Source of the DNA: a virus
Taxonomy: Duplodnaviria; Caudoviricetes
DNA length: 24,266 nt
Strand: one strand, 5' to 3'
IMG/VR virus record: IMGVR_UViG_3300020414_000012
Location: 1-24,266 of that record
The notes below the pieces were generated by a model that worked only from the letters and a program-made list of their open reading frames with translations, did no database searches and was not told the origin of the DNA. Below are positions 8,409-17,132 of the stretch, one piece after another. Numbering within the stretch: position 1 is the first letter of the stretch; every line of letters begins with the position of its first letter. The position numbers were made by a program, and so were the translations under genes.

Positions 8409-9359
8409 TTAATCTGTATCTATTGTTTGTGTTAAAGGAGAACCTGCTCCTGTCCATTCTTCAGTTGCTGTTGTTGCAGTTGAAATTGCTCCACCAAAAG
8501 CTAATGCGTTTGCTGTTGTACCTGCACCAGCCAGATAATCTCTTGCTGTATTTAAATTATTTGTTTCTGTCCAAGAAGTTCCATTCCATAATTCTGTTGC
8601 ATTTGTTGCTGGTGGAGCATTTCCACCAAATCCTAAAGCATCTGTACTTAAACCAGCTCCTGCCATACCATATCTACCTGCATTTAAATCGGCTACCTCT
8701 GTCCAACTAGAACCATTCCACAGTTCTGTAATTGCTGTTCTTGGTTCTCCACCAAAAGCAAGTGCGGCTGTTTTAGTGCCACATCCTGTTAATGCCGCTC
8801 TACCTGTGTTTAAATCTGCTGTTTCTGCCCAACTAGTTCCATTCCAAGTTTCTGTTTCAGATTTATTACCTGGCCCTCCTCCAAAAGCTAAAACTGAAGT
8901 ATTATCAACACCTGCTCCTCTTAAAGCATATCTTGCAGTATTTAAATCTGCTACCTCACTAAAACTAGTGCCATTATAAGATTCTGTTGCTCCTGTAGTT
9001 GGTGGCCCTTCTCCACCAAATGCAAGTGCAGAAGTTTGAGTTCCAGCTCCTCCTAATTGACTTCTACCAGTATTTAAATCATTAACTTCAGTCCAAGATG
9101 TTCCATCATATTTTTCTGTTATAGCTAGTCCAGTTCTACCACCAATAGCTAAACCAGCTGTATATATACCTGCTCCACCTAATTGAAACCTAGCAGTATT
9201 TAAAGCTCCTCCTGTAGCCCAAGATCCAGATGTAGTTTGACCCTCTAGCTTTAAAGTGTTTGTGGTTGCATTATACCATACTTGACCCTGTACTGGATTA
9301 TCAGGATCAGTAGTATAGCTTACAACCTTTTGACCGACTATGCCTTTATATTCTGACAT
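8409..9359 (-). CDS. Kelch-like six-bladed beta-propeller protein
   Basis: Six repeats as above; N-terminal DPDNPVQGQVWYNATT module. Confidence 0.75.
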   Translation of the reverse strand: MSEYKGIVGQKVVSYTTDPDNPVQGQVWYNATTNTLKLEGQTTSGSWATGGALNTARFQLGGAGIYTAGLAIGGRTGLAITEKYDGTSWTEVNDLNTGRSQLGGAGTQTSALAFGGEGPPTTGATESYNGTSFSEVADLNTARYALRGAGVDNTSVLAFGGGPGNKSETETWNGTSWAETADLNTGRAALTGCGTKTAALAFGGEPRTAITELWNGSSWTEVADLNAGRYGMAGAGLSTDALGFGGNAPPATNATELWNGTSWTETNNLNTARDYLAGAGTTANALAFGGAISTATTATEEWTGAGSPLTQTIDTD

Positions 9360-9366
9360 TTAAAAT

Positions 9367-9687
9367 TTATTCCTCTAATGTTATATCTTGTGGTCTTTCG
9401 CCAATTCTGTCAATTTTTTGTTCGATAGTTTCGCCATCAATAGCATTATCGTTATCCCATGCTGTTTGACTAGCAGTTATTTCTGCATCAACAAGAGCTT
9501 GTGCTTCGTCTTTTGTTTTAACAACACCAGCAACTTTAGAAATCCAAAGATTTGCATGTTTATTGTATGCTGGAATTTGCCAAACATTAGCAGGATAACC
9601 TTTAAAAGTGATTCTCATAGATTCTACATGATCTATAAAACCCTTTCCCCAGTTTTCTGCTACACAGTATTGATATGTTTTTGCCAT
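9367..9687 (-). CDS. Hypothetical protein, possible fibre assembly chaperone/adaptor
   Basis: 106 aa with a strong AGGAGG RBS, located between propeller genes. Confidence 0.5.
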   Translation of the reverse strand: MAKTYQYCVAENWGKGFIDHVESMRITFKGYPANVWQIPAYNKHANLWISKVAGVVKTKDEAQALVDAEITASQTAWDNDNAIDGETIEQKIDRIGERPQDITLEE

Positions 9688-9699
9688 AGTTTTACCTCC

Positions 9700-11532
9700 T
9701 TAATCAGTTAAAGTTTTTACCAAATTTGATGGTTTATTCCATTCTTCTGTTTGTCCGCCAACTGGAGGACTTCCTCCCATAGCTAAAGCTGATGTTGTTA
9801 CTCCATCTCCAGATAAGTCACTTCTAGCTGCATTTAAATCTGTTGTTTCAGTCCAAGTAGCACCATTCCAATCCTCTGTTTTTCCAGTTACAGGTGGAAT
9901 ACCTCCAAAAGCTAAAGCAGCTGTATAAGTGCCTCCACCTGCAAGATTATATCTTGCTGTATTTAGATCTCCAACTTCAGTCCAGGAGCTACCATTCCAT
10001 AATTCTGTTATTGCTTGTGGCCCACCAGAAGGGCCAGGATGAACATAACCACCAAAAGCTATAGCTGCTGTTTGTGTTCCAGCTCCTGATAAAACAAATC
10101 TTGCAGTATTTAAATCTGTTGTTTCTGTCCAACTACTACCATTCCATGATTCTACTAATGCTGAGTTTCTAGGAGAACCAAATGGATCTCCACCAATACC
10201 TAAAATTGCTGTATTAGTTACTCCTGAAGTACCTAAAGATTTTCTACCACTATTTAAATCTGCAACCTCAGTCCAACTACTACCATCCCAAGATTCTGTT
10301 TTTCCTGTTATAGTATTGCCTGGAGGTACAAATCCACCAAAAGCTAATGCTGATGTGTAAATTCCATTACCTGAAATATTTTGTCTAGCAGTATTTAAAT
10401 CACCTACTTCAGTCCAAGTAGTTCCATCATAAGATTCTGTTAATGCTGATAAATTATCTCCTGGAGGAAAGTTTCCTCCAAATGCTAACCCAGCTGAATT
10501 ACTTGCTCCTGCACCTGCCATAGCATATCTTCCAACATTCATATTTGCACCTGTTGACCAAGCACCGATTGGAACACCAGGCCCTGTCCATTCTTCTGTT
10601 GCTGCTGATGTTGGTGGACTTCCACCAAATGCTAATGCGTTTGCTGTTGTACCTGCTCCAGCTAAATATTCTCTTGCTGTACTCATATCAGTTGTTTCAG
10701 TCCAACTAGTTCCATTCCAATCTTCTGTTTTTCCTGTTACTGCTGGACCTGGATTACCAGCAAAAGCTAAAGTAGATGTTGATGTTCCAAAAGATGCACT
10801 AGCTAATTGTTGTCTTGCAGTATTTAAATCTGTTGTTTCTGTCCAAGCACTACCATTCCATGTTTCTGTTGCACCTGTTACTCCACCAGGCCCAGCACCA
10901 CCAAATGCAACTGCTAATGTTGATGTTCCTGCACTTGCAAGTTGTGATCTAGCACTATTTAAATCTCCAACTTCTGTCCAGTTAGATCCATTCCATTGTT
11001 CCACTAATGCTACTCTAGGAGGATCTTGATCTCCTCCAATACATAATGCAGCAGTCGCTATTCCATTTGCTCCTGGAAATCTTCTTTTTTGATTTAAAGA
11101 ATTTACTGTAGTCCAGCTACTACCATCCCAAGATTCTGTAGAAGTTAATGCAACATTACCAGGTAAATTAAATCCTCCAAATCCTAATGCAGAAGTATTA
11201 CTTGCTCCAACACCACCCATGTGTGCTCTTGAAGTATTTAAGTCTGAAACTTCAGTCCAAGTCGCACCATCATAAGATTCTGTTATGTTAGTTTGGGGAT
11301 CTCTCCCTCCAAAAGCTAAAGCTGATGTATAAATTCCAGCTCCTGCAACACCATATCTAGCAGTATTTAAATTACCACCACTAGACCAAGATCCAGATGT
11401 AGTTACATTTGGATATTGATATTTAAAATGTTGATTAGTGCTATCGTACCAAAGCTCACCTTCAACTACACCAGGTTTATCTCCAGCATAGTTGGTAACA
11501 GCAGTTCCAACTGTTTGCTTATAGGTAGCCAT
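9700..11532 (-). CDS. Kelch-like tandem double beta-propeller protein (12 repeats)
   Basis: Twelve repeats in two sets of six joined by EEWTGPGVPIGAW; N-terminal GELWYDST module. Confidence 0.75.
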   Translation of the reverse strand: MATYKQTVGTAVTNYAGDKPGVVEGELWYDSTNQHFKYQYPNVTTSGSWSSGGNLNTARYGVAGAGIYTSALAFGGRDPQTNITESYDGATWTEVSDLNTSRAHMGGVGASNTSALGFGGFNLPGNVALTSTESWDGSSWTTVNSLNQKRRFPGANGIATAALCIGGDQDPPRVALVEQWNGSNWTEVGDLNSARSQLASAGTSTLAVAFGGAGPGGVTGATETWNGSAWTETTDLNTARQQLASASFGTSTSTLAFAGNPGPAVTGKTEDWNGTSWTETTDMSTAREYLAGAGTTANALAFGGSPPTSAATEEWTGPGVPIGAWSTGANMNVGRYAMAGAGASNSAGLAFGGNFPPGDNLSALTESYDGTTWTEVGDLNTARQNISGNGIYTSALAFGGFVPPGNTITGKTESWDGSSWTEVADLNSGRKSLGTSGVTNTAILGIGGDPFGSPRNSALVESWNGSSWTETTDLNTARFVLSGAGTQTAAIAFGGYVHPGPSGGPQAITELWNGSSWTEVGDLNTARYNLAGGGTYTAALAFGGIPPVTGKTEDWNGATWTETTDLNAARSDLSGDGVTTSALAMGGSPPVGGQTEEWNKPSNLVKTLTD

Positions 11533-11534
11533 AA

Positions 11535-14153
11535 TTATTTAACCTTTAACAGCCAACCTTGTGTAGAATCTGTATAGACTAAAGTATTGGCTGACCTTTC
11601 TACTGATACAGTTAAATCATCTGTAGAACCATTTATTTTTTCAGAACCATTAGCTGATATTGTAAATGTATTAGAATCAAAAGTTCCAGCATAATCTATA
11701 AAACTTACAAAATCTCCTAAAGTTCCTGCTGGTAAATTCATTGTAATAACTCCACTTGTAGTGTTTACAAAATAACCTTCACCTGCTGTTGCTGTAAAAG
11801 TAGAAGTTTTAACTGATTGCCATTGTTCTCCACCAGATACTTCGCCAAAAGATAAGTTACCTGATCCATCAGTTTTTAATACTTGATCTGCTGATCCATC
11901 TGCATTTGGAAATTTAATACCATCTAAATTTAATTTACCTGAACCTTTTGGTGTTAATTTTAAATCTATATTTGTATCTCCACCAGTTGCAGATATTTCA
12001 GGTGCATTACCTGTTGCTGCATTAGCAATAGTAAATTCATTAACAGCCGAACCTGTAGCTGTTAAATTAAATAATTCATTTCCATTTGTGTCGTCAATTT
12101 TTGTTCCAATTTTAGGAGAAGTTAAAGTTTTATTTGTGAGTGTATCTGTTGAAACTAAAGATACTAAAGTAGAACTAGCACCAGCTGGTAATAACATTTC
12201 ATTTGTAACAGCAGCAGAGTGAGGTTGAGATTTTATAATTTGACCATGTGAATTAGATTCACAATTTAATTGTATAGCACCAGCATTTGTATTTCCTTTA
12301 ACAGTTACATGACCAGTACCTTTAGCTAATAAATCTAAATCAATATTACTATCACCACCAGTTGATGATAAAGTTGGATTACCACCTGTTGCAGCATTGG
12401 CTACTGTAAATTCATTTACTGCTGAACCTGTTGCTGTTAATTTAGCTAATTCATTTCCATTGGTATCTAAAATAGAAGTATCAATTTTTGGTGTAGTTAA
12501 AGTTTTATTTGTAAAAGTTTGTGTTCCTGTAAGAGTAGCAACTGTTGAATCTATTGATATTGTTCCAGATGATGTAATTGTACCACCATCTATTCCTGTG
12601 CCAGTTGCAATAGATGTAACTGTTCCAACATTAGCTGGTGTAATCTGAGAGTAAGTTATGTTGCTAGATCCTATTGAAGCACTAGAATCTGTTGTGCATA
12701 AAAATATTTTATTATCATTTGCTGTACCTTGATTAACTACAACCATACCACCAGATAATTCAGCTATAGTATCATGTTCAGGATCTCTTGATGCAGCACC
12801 ACTTGATACTGCTAAGTATAATCCATTTTCTGTAGCATCACTTTGATCTTTTACTAAAACTCTATCTCCAGCTACAAGAGTAACACCATCAATACTATCA
12901 CCAGCTTCTAAACCATTCGTTAAATTTACATTTGCTGTAGTAGCACATTCAGCTATAATTCTTGTTCTTAGTCCTGCTACTGCATCATCTACATAAGACT
13001 TAGTTGCAGCATCTGAATTATTTGATGGATTTCCAAGACCAGTTATTGAACCACCAGATATTGAAACACTATCAGATGCTTGAGTTGCAATAGTTCCTAA
13101 TCCTAATGATGTTCTTGCTGTTGATCCTGTTTCTGCTACCCATGTTGAACCACTACCAACAATAAAGTTACCATCTGTTGTAGCAAGATCACCAATTGCA
13201 GTTAAGTTTGCATTTGAAGCACCTTTGGCATCTAGTTGTGTTTGAATATTTGAACTAGCACCATTTAGATAACCAAACTCTGTATTTGAAATTGTACCAT
13301 CATGTATTTTTGTAGCATCAATAGCAGCACTTGCATTTATATCTGCATTAACAATTGCACCATCTGTTATTTTAGCAGAAGTAATTTGTGAGTCAGCTAT
13401 CTTAGCTGTAGTAATTTGTGAGTCTGCAATGTGTATAGTATCTATACTAAGATCAACATAATGTTCAGAGTTAATACTATCATCAGCTATTTTTGTACCA
13501 TCAACTGCATCAGCAGCAATTTTAGCTGTTGTAACATTTGCATCTGTAATTTTAGCAGTAGTAATTTGTGAATCTGCAATATGAGCTGTGTCTATTGAAC
13601 CATCTACATAATGTTCTGAATTAATACTGTCATCTGCAATTTTAGTTCCATTAACTGCATCACCTTGAATTTTTGATGTAGTAACTGCATTATCTCCTAA
13701 TTGTGTTGCACCAATAACTTCACTTGGAATAGATGTATTTGTTTTTGATAAAGCACCTACATAAACATTTGTAATAGCTTCACTAGATAATGAACCTGAA
13801 TCCCATGTTACATTAACAGTTGTATTGGTTGAAAAAGATGATGAACTAATTGTTCCAAAAATTGTTCCTGGTGTACTAGCAATTAATTTAATTCTTCTTC
13901 CTGCATGATAAAAAGAAGTTACATCAACACCAGCAATTGTAAAAGAGGTAGATGATGCGTAAGCAGCTGTGTAAGCACCTGAACCATCTCCATATTCTAC
14001 CCATTGACTGTCATTAAACCACTCTCTAGTATTTTTCATCAATGCTCTAATTGCATTGTTTAAATTAGAAGGTAGCATCCCTTCGGCAGTAGAGATACCA
14101 TTTAAGTCTGTGTTATTTGCTTGTGTTGTTGAATAATCTTTTATACCTGCCAT
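11535..14153 (-). CDS. Long tail fibre protein
   Basis: 872 aa, Thr/Ser/Gly/Ala-rich. N-terminal anchor motif (N..AEGMLPSNLNNAIRALM), ADxxITTAKI 10-aa repeats, DAATKSYVD and GDRVLVKDQ..ENGLY fibre modules, C-terminal GYFVNTTSG..LP..GD...VY.D..GW domain. Confidence 0.85.
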   Translation of the reverse strand: MAGIKDYSTTQANNTDLNGISTAEGMLPSNLNNAIRALMKNTREWFNDSQWVEYGDGSGAYTAAYASSTSFTIAGVDVTSFYHAGRRIKLIASTPGTIFGTISSSSFSTNTTVNVTWDSGSLSSEAITNVYVGALSKTNTSIPSEVIGATQLGDNAVTTSKIQGDAVNGTKIADDSINSEHYVDGSIDTAHIADSQITTAKITDANVTTAKIAADAVDGTKIADDSINSEHYVDLSIDTIHIADSQITTAKIADSQITSAKITDGAIVNADINASAAIDATKIHDGTISNTEFGYLNGASSNIQTQLDAKGASNANLTAIGDLATTDGNFIVGSGSTWVAETGSTARTSLGLGTIATQASDSVSISGGSITGLGNPSNNSDAATKSYVDDAVAGLRTRIIAECATTANVNLTNGLEAGDSIDGVTLVAGDRVLVKDQSDATENGLYLAVSSGAASRDPEHDTIAELSGGMVVVNQGTANDNKIFLCTTDSSASIGSSNITYSQITPANVGTVTSIATGTGIDGGTITSSGTISIDSTVATLTGTQTFTNKTLTTPKIDTSILDTNGNELAKLTATGSAVNEFTVANAATGGNPTLSSTGGDSNIDLDLLAKGTGHVTVKGNTNAGAIQLNCESNSHGQIIKSQPHSAAVTNEMLLPAGASSTLVSLVSTDTLTNKTLTSPKIGTKIDDTNGNELFNLTATGSAVNEFTIANAATGNAPEISATGGDTNIDLKLTPKGSGKLNLDGIKFPNADGSADQVLKTDGSGNLSFGEVSGGEQWQSVKTSTFTATAGEGYFVNTTSGVITMNLPAGTLGDFVSFIDYAGTFDSNTFTISANGSEKINGSTDDLTVSVERSANTLVYTDSTQGWLLKVK

Positions 14154-14303
14154 TTAATCTCCTAAGAACCAAGAAAATGCTTTATTATTTTCTTGATTTT
14201 TTTCATTTACTAATGTGTTAATAGCTTCTTCAATTTGTCTTTGAAAAAACTCTTGTGTTTCAAAACTGTATCTAACATTATCTATATCAGTTTTATCTGT
14301 CAT
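14154..14303 (-). CDS. 49-aa hypothetical protein (not in ORF track)
   Basis: MTDKTDIDNVRYSFETQEFFQRQIEEAINTLVNEKNQENNKAFSWFLGD*. ATGA overlap with the nozzle stop; its TAA abuts the fibre ATG and its 3' end supplies the fibre's AGGAG RBS. Confidence 0.75.
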   Translation of the reverse strand: MTDKTDIDNVRYSFETQEFFQRQIEEAINTLVNEKNQENNKAFSWFLGD

Positions 14304-16111
14304 CTCAACCCTGATCTTGATGCAACTATATCAATTCCTTGTGCATCTTTCCAAGCACCTCCGCTTGGTATTTTAACATTAACTTTAACATATCTTCCAG
14401 ATTGTCTTACTGGATTTATACCTGTAGAATTCATGCTTGAAGAAGTTGATTCTGTAGCAATATCAGCAAGTCTATCTCTAGTTTTTAAAGTAACTGTAGC
14501 AGTTGCATCTACAATAGGTCTTACACCTATTATAGACGATCTTGTTCCTGGAAACAACTCTAATTCTGTAGTTTCTATTTCTCCTTCATTTTCTGTTCCT
14601 GAAAAAATAGCAGCTTTGTAATCACTATCAATAGCACCTAATAATAATTGTCCTCCATTCCAAAAATCAGTATCTAATGAAATATTAATGTTATCTAAAT
14701 TTTCTGAAATAATGTCCATTAACTCAACTGTATAAGCTCCAACAAATTGTGAAAATATTGTACTAGCATTAGCATTTGCTGTTGACCATTTTTGAGTAGC
14801 ATAATTATAAATTAAAACTTTATCACAAATACCAGTAGTATTAGATGTGTCAGCAGAAGATGGATATAACCAAATTGCTAATTGATTAAAAGGATCTGTA
14901 GCTGCAACTATTCTATCAGAAAATGCTTTATTTAAATCTAAATCAAAAAATCTATTTACTTTTTCTGCACCTATTGCAGTAACTTGATCTCCATTAACTT
15001 CAAAAAATCCGTCATCCGCATAAAAAAAGACTCTACGATTATCTTGGCAAACAGTTCTTCCATATACTGCTCCTCTATTTGGTGAAATAACTGATAGACG
15101 GAATACTGTTGCACCACCGACATAATCCATTCTAATTATTTGATTTTGCCTAAATACATAACCAATCTCTCCAGAAGTTATATGAACTATTTGTCCACCT
15201 GATCCTGGTAGGTCTTGCAAGTCTGATTGTTTAGTTCCAGCTGCCCAAGTTGTAATATCATTTATTCCTGACCATTGTATTCTATTAGTTGCACCAACAT
15301 GATTACCTGTTACTAAAAAATCTCTAATTATACCTGAAACTTTAAATGTAGGTACAGTACCTGATGTTCCAATAGTTGAAAGATCTTCAAAAGAAGATGA
15401 TGTTCCCATTAAATAATATTGAGGTGCATCTACACCATTACTAGCTATGATATAATTTCCAAATTGTGTAAATGTAACATAATCAGTTGCATCTCCAGTC
15501 AAAGGAGTTCCACCATAAAAATTTGTAGTTGTTAATCTTACAGTATCAGACGAAACATTTGTTAAATTATTATTTCCAACTGTTGCTCTTGTTACAGTTA
15601 CAACTGCACCTGATACACTTGCTGAAAAATCTGCATGACCATTAATAGTATTTTTTAAATTTGTAGCAGTAGTGTCGTTGTTTGTTTGAACTTGAAATTC
15701 ATTTGTAGATGGTGAACCAGTAACAGATGTAAAGACAACAGTTGTACCATCATTTTTTTTTAAAGTAATAGTTTTACTTGCACCAATATTTGCATAGTCT
15801 GAAACTGTAATTGTACAAGTTGCAAAAGCTGTACTTAAAACTTTACCTCTTGCTCCTCTTTCTGAAAAAGCACCACCAGTCAATTCATAAATAGTTTCTT
15901 GTGTTGCTACAAAATTAAATACAGTATTAGAATTATCTCTAAAAGAACCTGCACCTCTTGAATCTTTTGTAGTTGTATTTGTAGAATAATTAACTAATGA
16001 AGGAAATCTTTTATAAGAATTTAAAGCATAATAAACATTGTTAGCTACATTAGCACCAGGATTGTTATGCTCTGGTTGGTCAGGAAGCCATTCTCCAAAA
16101 GGTATTTGCAT
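14300..16111 (-). CDS. Tail nozzle / tail tubular (DNA-stabilisation) protein
   Basis: 603 aa, MQIPFGEWLPDQP start, beta-propeller-like strands (RIQWSGIND..W, VFFYADDGFF, LIYNY....WS); follows the adaptor. Confidence 0.7.
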   Translation of the reverse strand: MQIPFGEWLPDQPEHNNPGANVANNVYYALNSYKRFPSLVNYSTNTTTKDSRGAGSFRDNSNTVFNFVATQETIYELTGGAFSERGARGKVLSTAFATCTITVSDYANIGASKTITLKKNDGTTVVFTSVTGSPSTNEFQVQTNNDTTATNLKNTINGHADFSASVSGAVVTVTRATVGNNNLTNVSSDTVRLTTTNFYGGTPLTGDATDYVTFTQFGNYIIASNGVDAPQYYLMGTSSSFEDLSTIGTSGTVPTFKVSGIIRDFLVTGNHVGATNRIQWSGINDITTWAAGTKQSDLQDLPGSGGQIVHITSGEIGYVFRQNQIIRMDYVGGATVFRLSVISPNRGAVYGRTVCQDNRRVFFYADDGFFEVNGDQVTAIGAEKVNRFFDLDLNKAFSDRIVAATDPFNQLAIWLYPSSADTSNTTGICDKVLIYNYATQKWSTANANASTIFSQFVGAYTVELMDIISENLDNINISLDTDFWNGGQLLLGAIDSDYKAAIFSGTENEGEIETTELELFPGTRSSIIGVRPIVDATATVTLKTRDRLADIATESTSSSMNSTGINPVRQSGRYVKVNVKIPSGGAWKDAQGIDIVASRSGLR

Positions 16112-16119
16112 AAATTTCC

Positions 16120-16800
16120 TTAATTGTTATTACTTGTAATAATTCTTGACACATCATTAAACGCACCTGAAACAGTTACATCACCTGTTTGTTGCAAAGG
16201 TGCATTTCCATATTGATCTTCTCTGTCATTTCTCTCTAATCTTTCAAGAGCTGTAGAATACATTTGTTGCCATTGTTGAACTTGTCTTGGTTCAATTCCA
16301 CCTAAAAAATTAGCAGCATGGTATAGTGAACCATATAAATAAATTGCAGGATGATTTGATAAAATATAATTAGAAGTATTTGAATCTGATAAAGGATCAA
16401 ATGCTTTATAATAATTTACAACACCTGTGTAAGAACTATCTGGAGATGGTGCAAATCTAAAATTATCACCTAGTATTGTAAAAGTTACTGGTAGTCCAGT
16501 TGTTGAACTTCCTTTAATTTGATCCATTTGTGCTGGAGTAATATATCTTAAAGCATATTTAGTTCCACCTTGTAAAATATAAAAATCTCTTATTTGTAAA
16601 AATCCAGTCGGTAATGCTTTAGTTTCAGAATCAATAGTAAAAGAACTATCAGTTGCGTTCATTTTTCTTATTCTTAATTTAGAATTAAAATCTTTTTCTG
16701 TAAGAACAATAAAATCTTCTGAAATTTCTGATGTTAAATCTGATCTATTAAGCCAATTTGCTATTGATGTTTTTAAATCTGAATATGTTGCAAGTGCCAT
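16120..16800 (-). CDS. Head-tail adaptor protein
   Basis: 226 aa: TYSDLKTSIANWLNRSDLT...LPTGFLQIR...G.P..F...F.PSPDSSY...YY...SNYILSNHP.IYLYGSL; characteristic adaptor pattern. Confidence 0.75.
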   Translation of the reverse strand: MALATYSDLKTSIANWLNRSDLTSEISEDFIVLTEKDFNSKLRIRKMNATDSSFTIDSETKALPTGFLQIRDFYILQGGTKYALRYITPAQMDQIKGSSTTGLPVTFTILGDNFRFAPSPDSSYTGVVNYYKAFDPLSDSNTSNYILSNHPAIYLYGSLYHAANFLGGIEPRQVQQWQQMYSTALERLERNDREDQYGNAPLQQTGDVTVSGAFNDVSRIITSNNN

Positions 16801-17132
16801 TATAATTTACCTTCTGCTGTTTTAAAATATTTAAACTCATTACTATTTAATTTTGTTTTTAATATTTTTGTTTGAACTTCTTTAGGAAGTGAAAACCAAT
16901 TGTTACTACCATTATACTCATTCGCCCAAACAGATAAAGCTAAAGTTGGAATAGAAGCTACTCTTTTTAAATCTCTGGATTTTGAATATCCATCATTTAA
17001 ATTTAATAATCTTTTATTGTGTTGTAAATGAGGATCTATATTAACTTCTTCATTTAAAACAATTTTCTTTTCCATTTCATCTAAAGAAAATGTTTCTTTT
17101 TTTAAACCATCAATACTTATATCTTTTCTCAT
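16800..17132 (-). CDS. Conserved phage hypothetical protein
   Basis: 110 aa with RVASIP...W...LN..EFKYFKT motif; coupled on both sides. Confidence 0.6.
   Translation of the reverse strand: MRKDISIDGLKKETFSLDEMEKKIVLNEEVNIDPHLQHNKRLLNLNDGYSKSRDLKRVASIPTLALSVWANEYNGSNNWFSLPKEVQTKILKTKLNSNEFKYFKTAEGKL

Larger units (their letters stand above)
7381..11532 (-). repeat. Array of 24 degenerate Kelch-like coding repeats (roughly 42-51 aa each)
   Basis: Recurrent plus-strand text such as gcagtatttaaatc, gtccaa...ccattcca and ccaccaaa.gct. Near-exact pairs: 8490..8550 vs 10621..10681, and 10099..10148 vs 10813..10862. Confidence 0.85.

Noticed and set aside
8407-8457. ORF-track start at 8457 for the third propeller
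   Set aside because: Extension overlaps the upstream gene; the Met at 8406 aligns with the paralog N-termini.
7381-11532. Diversity-generating retroelement acting on the propeller genes
   Set aside because: No reverse transcriptase in the window, no non-coding template repeat, and mismatches between repeat pairs are not confined to adenines of one copy.
7381-11532. CRISPR array suggested by periodic repeats
   Set aside because: Repeats are degenerate, in-frame and protein-coding with a ~130-150 nt period; no cas genes.
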